This document shows positions 41,412 to 55,050 of a stretch of 64,000 nt of DNA, in pieces; positions within the stretch are counted from its first letter, which is position 1, and each line of letters starts with the position of its first letter. The notes under the pieces were generated by a model. It searched no databases. It was not told the DNA's origin and was given only the letters and a program-made list of their open reading frames with translations. The translations under genes were made by a program, and so were the position numbers. The stretch lies in NCBI RefSeq assembly GCF_009914755.1, contig NC_060948.1; one strand, given 5' to 3'. The DNA comes from the human T2T-CHM13v2.0 reference genome, Homo sapiens.

Positions 41412-41600
41412 AAAAACTTAGGTTCCAGTTTAATTGACTGCCTTCCAGCTGGGAGATATTGGACTAATCACATCCTCATGTAGAGCTATATTCCTGTCTG
41501 TATAAAATTGAGCTAATAAAGCATATCCTCTTCTCAACTTTTTTTTTCACTGAGAGAATCAAAAGAAAATATTCATGGGGAAGAACTGTGTAAATTTTGA
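41412..41600 (+). mobile_element. MIR fragment
   Basis: acttaggttccagt...ccttccagctggga...cctgtctgtataaaattgagctaataa, MIR core-like. Confidence 0.5.
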
Positions 41601-42549
41601 CCACATTATTAAGATGGAAGGTGGTAGCACTGCAGTTATTTTTCTGCTTCACTTAAAAGCTCAAGAAATAGTTTTTTTTTCTTTTACTACAAAGAGAAGT
41701 ATGCTTCTTCCTGGAGGAAATCCTACTACTAAAAAAAACCTCAGATTATTATTTTTTATCCTTAATGAGAAATAAATGAATTGGCTCCATTATTTTGCCC
41801 TCTGGCTTAAATGGAAAAGGGAAAAATGGACTTTTGTGTGAAAAGCATATTCTATAACATGAGCTGCAATACAATAGAACTTGGACAATTATCCAACTAT
41901 CATGACCCGGAGATTGACATATTACAGTCATGCATTCATAGAACTCAGTGACACAGTGGGGGCAGGGAGGTGGACCTCCTGCATGAAGGTTTACTCAAGT
42001 GGAAAGATACAGGAACTTGATGTTCTGTTGGGAAGTATTCAGTCTGATATCATTCTATGCCCCATGATTAATTTTTGTGTCCACAGATGATTTATTTTTA
42101 TATTCATGGGAAAGAGATATGTCTTCTCATGTATATAATCAAGCTCAATGTTAGAAAGGGGCTTTATACAATGTGACTTCATTGTATCCTTGTCAAATAG
42201 GAAGAACCAACAGTACGTGACTTCTGTTTTTCTTGATTTCCCTAATACCTGCATTTCTCCCTGGGTCTGATTTCAATTCACGACTTTTTCTACTCTAAAC
42301 TTATGCTGAAGCTATATCCAATGACTGATGGTTATAAATATTTATTTACAAACATTGCACATTTACTTCCAAACACTGATTTTGTGATAAAGCACAGATT
42401 ATTGTTTCTAGTTTACTGGCATCTTAGAACTGATATTTCATGACATTAAATGGGATCACTAAATGGTGATGTTTAGTATGATTTCATCGGATCAAAAACA
42501 TCGGCTAGGCATTTGAATCTTTTCTTCTTGTAATAGATGTTGGAAATTC

Positions 42550-43650
42550 TAATTTTTTTCTTTTGTTATTGTTGTTTTATGTGAGTAAGATATATGTAAC
42601 ACAAATTCAGCATTTTAACTCTTTTTGTGTCATCGAATACATTTACATGCTTGTGGAGCTATTACCATCATTCATCTTCAGAATGTTTTCACCTTCCCAA
42701 ACAGAAACCTTGTCCTTATTAAACAACAACTCCTTATCCCCCTCCCTCAGTCCCTGCCTCTTTTCATTCCACTTTCTGTCTCTATGAACCTGACTCCTCT
42801 AGTATCTCATATCAGTGAAAATGATATAGGAGTTAAAAAGAAATTATTTAGGCAGATTATAAAGGTAAAAGGAGTCCTCGGCAAGGCTTGCTTTTTAATA
42901 AAAGTAGCCCCCAAATCACTTGTTTTCTAATAAAGAGCCATCTATATAAGTGAGCTTCAGACACAGTGAAACAAGCTAGAAACTTGAACGCCGGTGAATG
43001 CCGGCACTTGTGCTAATAGGAAACGGCTACCTGGGGTCCAGTGATGTTTAACATGGCAGCTCCATCTTCCCTTTTGTTTGCCAACCACATGTGTGGTAAG
43101 GAATAGACAACATGGCACCAGCCATAGAGAGACCCCCATCTGCATAATAAAAGATTAGGGTGGGATGGTCCACTTCTTCACACACGATCCAAATGTCACA
43201 TATCTGGTCTGACCAATCTCTTGGGCCCTGTATATTTCAGACACCTACCCCTCCAGTTCATCTATAAAACCCTGTGCATTTTTTTTTCAACATGAAACTG
43301 GAAGACCCACTCAGGTGCCTCTCTCTTCATGTGAGAGAGCTGTTCTCTTTTCTCATTCTTTCACCTATTAAACTTTTGCTATTAAACTCACTTGTTGTGT
43401 GTCTGCATTCTCAACCTCATTGGGAGTGAGACAATGAACCTCAGGTATTTAGCCCAGACAATGACACCACTTCAATACCATGCAGGATTTGTCCTTTTGT
43501 GACTGGCTTATATCCGTCACTGAGCAAAATGTCTTCAACATTTTGTTCAGTGTTATCCATCAGTGAGCAAAATATCCTCATGAACAACAATCCATGTTGT
43601 CATCTGTGTCAGAACTTCTTTCCTTTTTAAGGCTGAAGAAATATTTCCAG
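42550..43650 (-). mobile_element. L1MB-like 3' end split by an LTR
   Basis: ccatcattcatcttcagaatgttttcaccttcccaaacagaaacc...ctttctgtctctatgaa, then the LTR, then atttgtccttttgtgactggctta...ccttttttaaggctgaa. Confidence 0.78.
42822..43474 (+). mobile_element. ERV1 solo LTR (LTR9/HUERS-P3-like)
   Basis: tgatataggagttaaaaagaaattatttaggcagat...tataaaa (TATA, ~43263)...attaaa...gaacctcaggtatttagcccagacaatgacaccacttca; TG...CA termini. Confidence 0.8.
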
Positions 43651-43999
43651 GTATTTGGATTTCAAGAGGGAACATTTTCAATATTAGAAGATAATTGTTC
43701 CTAAATTTCATGTTCATGATAAGCTGTATTCTTCAGCTCCATGGGAAGTCTATAAGACATAGTGATGTAAGTTGGACACAGGTGAACACTGTTAACTTGG
43801 ATGATGACTTTGCTATGGTTTATGAAGCTTTATCTGTAACTGGACTGCAGGGCTACTGAGACACATGACATGTTCCATTTATATCTGTTTCTGGTATGGT
43901 GCCTTCCTACAACATTTTTCACATAATAGGAACTCAGAAAATTAGTGATATCTTGTACTAGTCAATGCTCTAGTGAAAATAGTAAATGTGTTTATGTTT

Positions 44000-44563
44000 C
44001 ACTATGGGTTGAACTGTTCCTCTCCCAAAATTCATACAGTGAAGGCTTAACTCTAGTGTCTCAGAATGTGACTTTATTTGTAGGTAGTTCTTTCAAAAAG
44101 TGATTAATGTAAAATGAGGTCAGTAGGGTGGGCCCTGATCCAATAGGACTGGTGTCTTTATGAGAAGAAGAGACGAGGACACAGACACACACAGAGGGAT
44201 GACCCAGGGAGGACACAGGGAGAAGACAGCATCAACAAGCTAAGGAGAGAAGCATGAGGAGGAACCAGCTCTGCTTACACCTTGATCTCAGACTTCCAGC
44301 CTCCAGGACTCTCGGAGAGTAAATGTGTATGTTTACAAGCCATCCAGTTGCAATGTGGACACAGGCACACACAGAAGGATGACCCTGTGAGGACACGGGG
44401 AGAAGATGATGTCTACAAGCCAAGGAGAGAGGCCTCAGGAGGAGCCAACTGTGGCAACATCTTGATCTTGGACTTCCAGCCTGCAGGGCTGTGAGAGAGT
44501 AAATGTCTATTTGTTAAGCCAGTTTGCAGCATTTTGTTACATCAGCCCTAGCAAATGAATACA
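44000..44563 (+). mobile_element. MLT1B/C-like LTR with an internal 180-bp tandem duplication (STIR-like variant)
   Basis: Units start at 44177 and 44357 (ggacacag.cacacacaga.ggatgaccc.g.gaggacac.gggagaaga...); ends gcaaatgaataca. Confidence 0.88.
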
Positions 44564-45788
44564 TGCTTACATTTAAAATTATATGAAATATAAATCATAT
44601 TTATATTATGGTCAAGATGTACATAGTTGGAAACCTTGAAGAGGGCAATTTCTGACCATCGCTGGCCATGGGAATGGAATTGACATGGCTGGTGAGAAAT
44701 GAAAAATTGGAGACAATGATACTGCAACCTCACTTTTCCCCTATTTTCTTTATTTTTCAAGTGCTACCCTTCTAAGAAAGGTGCTGGAGTTTCTCCATTT
44801 GATGAGAGTAAGATGGTTGTGTGATTCACTGTGGAAACACATGCGGGGATCCCCTGGAAGCAGGGTGGAGGAACATCTTTACTGCATGCCCTTTTCATTT
44901 TTTTTCATTGTAAGAATGTTTATCTTATTTTTTTTTATACTTCAAGTGATAGGGTACATGTGCACAATGTGTAGGTTTGTTACTTATGTATACATGTGAC
45001 ATGTTGGTGTGCTGCACCCATTAACTCGTCATTTACATTAGGTATATTCCCTAATGCAATTTCTCTCCCCTCCCCCACCCAATGACAGGCCCCAGTGTGT
45101 GATGTTCCCCTTCCTGTGTCCATGTGTTCTTATTGCTCAATTCCCACCTATGAGTGAGAACATGCGGTGTTTGGTTTTCTGTCTTTGTGATAGTTTGCTG
45201 AGAATGATGATTTCCAGCTTCATCCATGTCCCTACAAAGCATATAAACTCATCATTTTTTATGGCTGCATAGTATTCCATGGTGTATATATGCCACATTT
45301 TTTAATCCAGTCTATCACTGATGGACATTTGGGTTGGTTCCAAGTCTTTGTTATTGTGAATAGTACCACAATGAACATATGTGTGCATGTGTCTTTATAT
45401 CAGCGTGATTTATAAAACTTTGGGTATATCCCAGTAATGGGATGACTGGATCAAACAGTATTTCCAGTTCCAGATCTTTGAGGAATACCACACTGTCTTC
45501 CACAATGGTTGAGCTAGTTTAGAGTCCCACCAACAGTATAAAAGTGTGCCTATTTCTTCACATCCTCTCCAGAACCTGTTGTTTCCTGACTTTTTAATGA
45601 TCTCCATTCTAACTGGTGTGAGATGGTATCTCATTGTGGTTTTGATTTGCCTTTGTCTGATGGCCAGTGATGATGAGCATTTTTTTATGTGTCTGTTGGC
45701 TGCATAAATGTCTTCTTTTGATAAGTGTCTGTTCATATCCTTTGCCCACTTTTCCATGGGGTTGTTTGTTTTTTTTCTTGTAAATTTC

Positions 45789-47267
45789 TTAGAGTTCATT
45801 GTAGATTCTGGATATTAGCCCTTTGTCAGATAAGTAGATTGCAAAAATTTTCTCCCATTGTGTAGGTTGCCTGTTCACTCTGATGGTAGTTTGTTTTGCA
45901 GTGCAGAAGCTCTTTAGTTTAACTAGATCCCATTTGTCAGTTTTGGCTTTTGTTGCCATTGCATTTGGTGTTTTAGACATGAAGTCCTTGCCCATGCTTA
46001 TGTCTTGAATAGTATTGCCTAGGTTTTCTTCTAGGGTTTTTATGGTTTTAGGTCTAATATTTAAGTCTTTAATCCATCTTGAATTAATTTTTGTATAAGG
46101 TGCAAGGAAAGGATTTATTTTCAGCTTTCTACATATGGCTAGCCAGTTTTCCCAGCACCATATATTAAATAGGGAATCTATTCCCCATTTCATGTTTTTC
46201 TCAGGTTTGTCAAAGATCAGGTGGTTGTAGATGTGTGGTATTATTTCTGAGGATTCTGTTCTGTTCCATTGGTCTATACCTCTGTTTTGGTACCAGTACC
46301 AAGCTGTTTTGGTTACAGTAGACTTGTAGTGTAGTTTGAAGTCAGGTAACATGATGCCTCCAGCTTTGTTCTTTTGGCTTAAGATTCTCTTGGCAATGTG
46401 GGTTCTTTTTTTGTTTCCATATGAAGTAGTTTTTTCCAACTCTGTGAAGAAAGTCATGGTTAGCTTGATGGGGATGGCATTGAATCTATAAGTTACCTTG
46501 GGCAGTATGGCCATTTTGATGATATTGATCCTTCCTATCCATGAGCATGGAATGTTCTTCCATTTGTTTGTGTCTTCTTTTATATCATTGAGCAATGGTT
46601 TATAGTTGTCCTTGAAGAGGACCTTCACATCCCTTGTAAGTTGGATTCCTCGGTACTTTATTCTCTTTGAAGCAATTGTGAATGGGAGTTCACTCATGAT
46701 TTGGCTCTCTGTTTTTCTGTTATTGGTGTATAAGAATGCTTGTGATTTTTGTACACTGATTTTATATCCTGAGACTTTGCTGAAGTTGCTTATCAGGTTA
46801 AGGAGATTTTGGGCTGAGATGCTGGGGTTTTCCAAATATACAATCATGTCATCTGCAAACAGGGACAATTTGACTTCCTCTTTTCCTAATTGAATACCCT
46901 TGATTTCCTTCTCATGCCTGATTGCCCTGGCCAGAACTTCCAACACTATGTTGAATAGGAGTGGTGAGAGAGGGCATCCCTGCCTTGTGCCAGTTTTTAG
47001 AGAGAATGCTTCCAGGTTTTGCCCATTCAGTATGATATTGGTTGTGGGTTTGTCATAAATAGATCTTATTATTTTGAGATATGTCCCATCAATACCTAAT
47101 TTATTGAGAGTTTTTAGCATGAAGTGCTGTTGAAGTTTGTCAAAGGCCTTTTCTCCATCTATTGAGATAATCATGTGTTTTTTGTTTTTGGTTGTGTTTA
47201 GATGCTGGATTAGGTTTATTGATTTGTGTATGTAGAACCAGCCTTGCATCCCAGGGATGAAGCCCAC
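45789..47267 (-). pseudogene. L1 ORF2p reverse transcriptase fragment (492-aa open stretch)
   Basis: [21 protein letters not shown] and [10 protein letters not shown] motifs; no EN domain in frame. Confidence 0.93.
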
Positions 47268-48261
47268 TTGATCATGGTGGAAAGCTTTTTGATGTGCTGC
47301 TGGATTTGGTTTGCCAGTATTTTATTGAGGATTTTTGCATTGATATTCATCTGGGATATTGGTCTAAAATTCTCTTTTTGTGTGTGTTTCTGACAGGCTT
47401 TGTTATCAGGATGATACTGGCCTCATTAAATAAGTTAGAGAGGATTCCTTCTTTTTCTATTGATTGGAATAGTTTCAGAAGGAATGGTAGCAGGTCCTCC
47501 TTGTACCTCTGGCAGAATGCGGCTGTGAATCCATCTGGTCCTGGACTTTTTTTGTTGGTAGGCTACTCATTATTGTCTCAATGTCAGAGCCTGTTATTAG
47601 TCTATTTAGGGATTCAACTTCTTCCTGATTTAGTCTTGGGAGGTTGTATATGTCCAGGAATTTATCCATTTCTTGTTTATTTTCTAGTTTATTTGTGTAG
47701 AGGTGTTTATATTATTCTCTATTGGTAGTTTGTATTTTTGTGTGATCTGTGGTGATATCCGCTTTATCATTTTTTATTGTGTCTATTTGATTCTTCTCTC
47801 TTTTCTTCTTTATTAACCTTGCTAGCAGTCTGTCAATTTAAAAAAAAAAACCAGTTCCTTGATTCATTGATTTTTTGAAGGGTTTTTTGTGTCTTTATCT
47901 CTTCAGTTCTGCTCTGATCTTAGTTATGTCTTGCCTTCTGCTAGCTTTTGAATGTGTTTCCTTTTGCTTCTTGTAGTTCTTTTAATTGTGATGTTAGGGT
48001 GGGGCACCCTCTGAGACAAAGCTTCCAGAGGAATGATCAGGCAGCAACATTTGCTGTTCAGCAATATTTGCTGTTCTGCAGCCTCTGCTGCTGATTCCCA
48101 GGCAAATAGGGTGTGGAGTGGACCTCTAGCAAACTCCAACAGACCTGCAGCTGAGGGTCCTGACTGTCAGAAGGAAAACTAACAAACAGAAAGGACAGCC
48201 ACACGAAAACCCCATCTGTACATCACCATCATCAAAGACCAAAGGTAGATAAAACCACAAA

Positions 48262-49279
48262 GATGGGGAAAAAATAGAGCAGAAAAGCTGAAAATTCTAA
48301 GAATCAGAGCTCTTCTACCCCTCCAAAAGAATGCATCTCCTTGCTAGCAACAGAACAAAGCTGGATGGAGAATGTCTTTGATGAGCTGACAGAAGAAGGC
48401 TTCAGACAACCAAACTTCTCCGAGATAAAGAAGGAAGTTTGAACCCATCGCAAGGAAGCTTAAAACCTTGAAAAAAGAATAGATGAATGGATAACTGGAA
48501 TAACCAGCATAGAGAAGTCCTTAAATGACCTGATGGTGCTGAAAACCATGGCATGAGAACTACGTGATGAATGCATGAGCTTCAATAGCTGATTCGGTCA
48601 ACTGAAAGATATGGTATCAGTGATTGAAGATCCAATGAATGAAATGAAGTGAGAAGGGAAGTTTAGAGAAAAAAGAGTAAAAAGAAACCAACAAAGCCTC
48701 CAAGAAATAGGGGACTATGTGAAAAGACCAAATCTACATCTGATTGGTGTACCTGAAAGTGACGAGGAGAATGGAACCAAGTTGGAAAACACTGTGCAGG
48801 ATATTATCCAGGAGAACTTTTCCAACCTAGCAAGGCAGGCAACATTCAAATACAGGAAATACAGAGAGCACCACAAAGATACACCTCGAGAAGGGCCACT
48901 CCAAGACACATAATTGTCAGATTCACCAAAATTGAAATGAAGGAAAACATGTTACACACAGCCAGAGAGGAAGGTCGGGTTACCCACAAAGGGAAGGCCA
49001 TCAGACTAACAGCAGATCTCTCAGCAGAAACTCTACAATCCAGAAGAGAGTGAGGGCCAATATTCAACATTCTTAAAGAAAAGAATTTTCAACCCAGAAT
49101 TTCATTTCCAGCCAAACTAAGCTTCATTAAGTGAAGGAGAAATAAAATACTTTACAGACAAGCAAATGCTGAGAGATTTTGTCACCACCAGGCCTGCCCT
49201 ACAAGAGCTCCTGATGGAAGCACTAAGCATGGAAAGGAACAACTGGTACCAGCCACTTCAAAAACATGTCAAACTGTAA
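48262..49279 (+). pseudogene. L1 ORF1 remnant (inside the inverted segment)
   Basis: atggggaaaaaatag (early stop); KRPNLHLIGVPESDEENGTKLENT. Confidence 0.92.
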
Positions 49280-49342
49280 AGACCATCAATGCTAGGAAGA
49301 AACTGCGTCAACTAACGGGCAAAATAACCAGCTAACATCATA

Positions 49343-50304
<962 letters not shown>

Positions 50305-50524
50305 TAAAGAGTACATATTGGGCTGGTTGCTGTGTGGAACCCTCAAAATGACCTCTTGGTCTTTCTTGTAAGGACAGAGTTGGACACTGTTCACTTGAGA
50401 GACTTCTTTACTAGGGTTGATGCAGCTGTTTCTCTAACTAGACTTGAGGCCTTCACCTGCCTTTTGTAGATAACAAATTAAAAATTAATACAAAACAACC
50501 ACTAAATGTGGGTGATGTGTGAGT

Positions 50525-50690
50525 TGGATAGCTGCAGTTGAAATCCCTGCTTCACCTTTATGGGGCTATCTGGTAGTGGATAAATTATTCAATTTCTCTA
50601 TGCCTCCTCAGCCTCCTGTATCTGTAAAATTTGGAGAGCAACAGGACCTACTTAACAGGGCTGCTATGAGTATTAAATGCATTACTACAT
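50525..50690 (+). mobile_element. MIR fragment
   Basis: gttgaaatccctgcttcacc...aaattattcaatttctctatgcctc...atctgtaaaatttggag...cctacttaacagggctgctatgagtattaaatg. Confidence 0.65.
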
Positions 50691-50711
50691 AAAAAGTGAC
50701 GTTTAAAGAAT

Positions 50712-50870
50712 TCATGTATTGGATACAATATATTCAACTCCAGTGATGGACACACTGAAAGCCCAGACTTCAACATTATACAATTCATCCATGTAACCAA
50801 GAACCACATGTACCCATAATGCTGTTGAAATTTTAAAAATAAATGCATTTAAAAAAATAAAAAATAAATG
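50712..50870 (+). mobile_element. L1 (L1PB/L1MA-like) 3'-end fragment
   Basis: gtgatggacacactgaaagcccagacttcaacattatacaattcatccatgtaaccaagaaccacatgtaccc followed by an A-rich tail. Confidence 0.8.
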
Positions 50871-51216
50871 AAAATATTTTAAAAAGTAATGTTTAGAGCA
50901 CCAGAAACAGGATGTACTGATAAACATTAGCCATTATTACCATATCAAATATCAGACCTAGAGAAGTTACACAATAATTCTAATACTTTCCCAATGTATT
51001 GATAATGACGTTTTAAAATAGGTCACTCAATCTTATTTGCATGTATAATTCTTCAGGTAAAATTTAAAGTTGGCTTTTCAGAAATGTGACTAAGGAGAAA
51101 AAAAACAGGTTCAAGTGATTTTCTGGATGCATCCTTCCAAATACTAAAAGGAAAATTAACATTAATTTTACACAGTTCTTTCAAAAAGTAGAACAAAAGA
51201 AGACACTTTCAAAATC

Positions 51217-51512
51217 TTTTTTTTTTTTTTTTTTTTTTTAATAGGGTCTGGCTCAGTCACCCAGGCTGGAGTGCAATGGTGTGATCTTGGCTAACTGCAA
51301 CCTCCACTCCCATGCTCGAACCATCCTCCCAACTCAGCCTCCTGAGTAGGTGGAACTACAAGCACATGACAACACAAACCCAGATAAATGTTGTGTTTTG
51401 GACAGGGTGTTGCTATGTTGCCCAGGCTGGCCTCAAACTTCTGACCTCAAGCAATCCTCCTGCTTTAGCCCCAGAAGGGCTAGGATTATAAGTATGAGCT
51501 ACTGTGACCCAC
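51217..51512 (-). mobile_element. Alu (AluJ-like)
   Basis: Poly-T then agggtctggctcagtcacccaggctggagtgcaatgg...ggattataagtatgagc. Confidence 0.9.
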
Positions 51513-51595
51513 GAAAAATCTTTTTATAAGGCTTGTATTCATTATCCTAATATCAATATCAAAGACAATGCAAACGAAATAAAATGTAAGATTGT

Positions 51596-51945
51596 AGCCA
51601 TGCACAGTGGCTCATGCTTGTAATCTCAGCACTTTGGGAGGTTGCGGCAGGAGATTGCTTGAGGCCAGGAATTTGAGACCAGCCTTTCTTCTTGCATTGC
51701 AAAGATTCTTGCATTGCTGTTCAGTAGTGCATGGTGAAATCACATCTCTACCAAAATTAGCTGGATGGTGGTGGCATGTGTTGTCATCCCAGCTACTACT
51801 CCAGAAGCTGAGTTGCGGGGATGGTTGGAGCCTGGGATGTGGAGGTTGTCATGAGTCAAGATGGCACCACTATACTCCAGCCTGGGTGACACAGTGAAAA
51901 TATGACTTAAAAATAAACAAATAACATAAAATAATGCAAAAAAAG
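51596..51945 (+). mobile_element. Alu (AluJ-like) with an internal non-Alu insert at ~51686-51729
   Basis: gtggctcatgcttgtaatctcagcactttgggagg...gaccagcct[insert]catggtgaaa...ccagcctgggtgacacag. Confidence 0.9.
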
Positions 51946-53079
51946 AAAGTAAGTATGAAATTACAGATCAATATGTCTCTTGAAATAAGACACAAATCTC
52001 CTCAACAAAATGGTAACATAAGAATGGTTTGGACATTATGACTTTGGAGTAATCATTTTAAAATTAAAATCTCTAAAAGCCATACTATCTTCCTGCTGTG
52101 AGGGTGGCTAGCCAATCAATGAAGATTCAGGCCTTCAGCCCATTACAATGAACACATACAACAGGAAGGAGAGATGAATCTTTATATTTTCATTTACCAG
52201 ACTTTGAGGATACTTGTTATCATGGAAAGACAAATTCACTCTGACTGATAGCCTCTAATTGGGAATGTTTGGGGATGTTGAATTATAGTTAGCTAATGAA
52301 TTTTTGTATGATTTTATTTTATTTTAAGATTCCTGCATTACTGTTCAGTAGTGCAAACAGGTAGTCATTTTCTTTTCAGTGTGCTCTTTTCTGGTCACTT
52401 TTGGTGTGCCATAAGGTCTCACTGGAAGGGCTATCACTGGAGTCATTTCTTACATCATCTGGCAAATAGACTTCAATCTCTGAGATGCAAGAGCAAAGAG
52501 ATATTGTCAGTTTCTGTCTTGCAGCTTTTTTTCTGTGATTGCCATTTTCTATTTTTCTTATTAATTTCTAGCATACTAAATTGTGAATAGAAATTATGCA
52601 CCTTTCCTAACCTTTCAAAATTACATAAGGTACTTAAATCCATAGAATAATATATTTTTAAATATTTTAAAAGCTTTCTGTATATTTATTTTTGCTATGG
52701 AGACAGTAGATTAAAACAATACGTGAAGTAATCTCTTCCCATCCTTTGTTCTTTCTTGAAAAACTTTGTTGTTTCACTTTTCAGTAAAATTCTTTTTAAA
52801 AGTCTTAATTTTTACAGATGATTTGGTTAGTCAAATTTGAAAAATAATGTGGTCTTGGGAATAATTGGACTAAAACCACCAAAATATTTCTTATTGAATA
52901 AAGTACATACCTACTTAGAAAAAATATTTGACTCAAAGACAATACAGACATGCTGAGGGAATGATTATTAAAGAAATTTTAAAATAAAATGACAAATCTA
53001 GGGAATAAAAAGAAAGAGGTGTTCATCCGGTATTTGATTTACTGACTAAATTTGAGAATCTCTCCCTTTCCTTTTCTAC

Positions 53080-53376
53080 TTTTTTTTTTTTTTTTTTTTT
53101 GAGACAGAATCTCACTCTGTTGCCAGGCTGGAGTTCAGTGGTGTACTCTCAGCTCACTGCAACAGCCACCTCCCACGTTCAAGCAGTTCTCTTGCCTCAG
53201 CTGAGTAGCTGGGATTACAAGTGACTGCTACCAAGCCCGGCTAATTTTTGCATTTTAAGCAGAGATGGGATTTTACCATGTTGGCCAGGCTGGTCCGGAA
53301 CTCCTGACCCCAGGTGATCCATCCACCTCAGCCTGCCAAAGTGCTGGGATTACAGGTGTGGGCCACCGTGTATGGC
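53080..53376 (-). mobile_element. Alu (AluS-like)
   Basis: Full dimer with poly-T; short TSD ttctact. Confidence 0.95.
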
Positions 53377-54044
53377 TTCTACTATTTTTCTTTATTCAAT
53401 GATCAACCACAAACACACGGATGCATCAAAATACATGAAGCAGATTTGAATGATCGAGTGAACATTTTCTGCTATTATTGATAATGTGTTGTCTTATAAT
53501 GAGAAATTTCTATAGCAGTTTAAAACTAAGTAAAAACTTACACAATACCAAATTAACTAGTTAGAAAACAGCTGGGTGGAGAGCTTTGCCTAACACTTTA
53601 ATGTAATTATGAATCTTTCTATCCACATTGATATGAATGAGAATTTAGCCTTGGTGTGATATAAAGACTGCTTTAACATATTTCAATTTACCCTTCTTTA
53701 GTACCTGTCATATCTCTCCAATCTGAATTGAAAATTAAATTTACTAATCTGAACTTTGTGCTAATATTTAAAAATCCTGCTTTTATTAAATGTCAGCTAT
53801 TAGTCATCCATGAAATTATATTTTTTTAATTCCTTTATGGAAGATGAGTTACTGGAGCAAGAAACTAATCAACATTATAAATTCAGATAATCTTGGTTGG
53901 GGAAAGACTGTGAATACACTTTACTGTAAGAAAGCTCCTTATTGCTGCACAGTTTTGTTTATACATGTGTGTGTGAAGGTAATAATGAGTATTTTCAAGT
54001 AGAACCAAATAAGGAAAAATGAGGTTTATATATTTTGTCTCAAT

Positions 54045-54125
54045 TTCTCTCTCTCTCTCGCTCTCTGTTTGTGTATGTGTATGTGAGGGAGAGAGAGACA
54101 GAGAAGGACAGGGAAAGAGACAGAA
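54045..54125. repeat. Compound CT/GT/GA microsatellite
   Basis: Read directly from the sequence. Confidence 0.85.
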
Positions 54126-54536
54126 GGAGTCTGTTTTTGTCTCCACTAAATACATAGAAAATGTATGCAAATTGTCATTTGCATACATTGCAATGACATG
54201 TTTTAAATCCTATGAAATATGCATTTAATTAAAAAATGAGAATGATGTGAGTCATCAAATTTTTCCAGTTAATTTTATGAGTGAATTACTCATTACATTT
54301 TAAAAAAGTCATTAAAATAATCTGTGAAAGTGAAAATTTAAAACAAGGCGTTCAGTTTTGCATTTGTTTTCTTGTTAGATATTATGATGAATATATGAAT
54401 CACAGGATGGTTGCCATGAGAAACTGTCTTTTATGAGTAAGAAAACACATATCCTGTTAATTAGAAAGACATTCTATCACATCATTGTAGGAGGAAATCC
54501 AAATAACTTGGTAAGAATCAAAGCTTAAGCAACAGG

Positions 54537-55050
54537 TGTTATAGGACCAATAGGTTAATGTGCCCGCTGTACAGTACCTGCTCAGTTACACTGAGACAGC
54601 AGGGTTTGCAGCAGAGAAAATTTTGTGATTGCAGTGCACTGAGCAAGGAGATGGGAGAGTTCTAGGATGGGGTTTTTAAGGAGATCATGGAGCATAAGGG
54701 ACTGGAACTTTGGGTTCAGTGATTGGTTGGGGTAATGAGGAGGAAGTCATCAGGATATAGAAACTGCATTCTTTGGAGAGTCAGATCCTCGTGGGATCCT
54801 TCAGACAAGCTGAGGCAGTAGTTTGATTGATATGCAGGAACTGAAAGAAGATCTCAAACGGAAAGCGTAATGTTTCATAATGTCCCTTTGGTTATCTGTA
54901 GAGCAGTTAAGGGGGACTATAACCTTGTGACAGGGTCTGTGTGTTTCTGGGGCAATAGACACTGTACCAGTATGAGGAAGGAGGTCAGAGAGGAAGCTGC
55001 AAGCTTGGTTTATTTTTCAGGGATGGTCTCACAGGCTTAGAATTCAATCA
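54537..55050 (-). mobile_element. ERV1 (MER4-group-like) solo LTR
   Basis: tgttataggaccaataggtt...cactgagacagcagggtttgcagcagagaaa...ggggtttttaagga...tgattggttggg (antisense TATA/CCAAT); subfamily uncertain. Confidence 0.65.

Larger units (their letters stand above)
51095..52015 (+). mobile_element. Old L1M ORF2 fragment split by two Alus
   Basis: ttccaaatactaaaaggaaaattaac...gacactttcaaaa | tttttataaggc...aaagacaatgcaa | aaattacagatcaatat...ctcaacaaaat follows L1 ORF2 order. Confidence 0.6.

Noticed and set aside
45789-47267. 492-aa RT ORF as a domesticated or active gene
   Set aside because: Ordinary L1 ORF2 fragment in an inverted, promoterless copy; no EN in frame and frameshifts on both sides.
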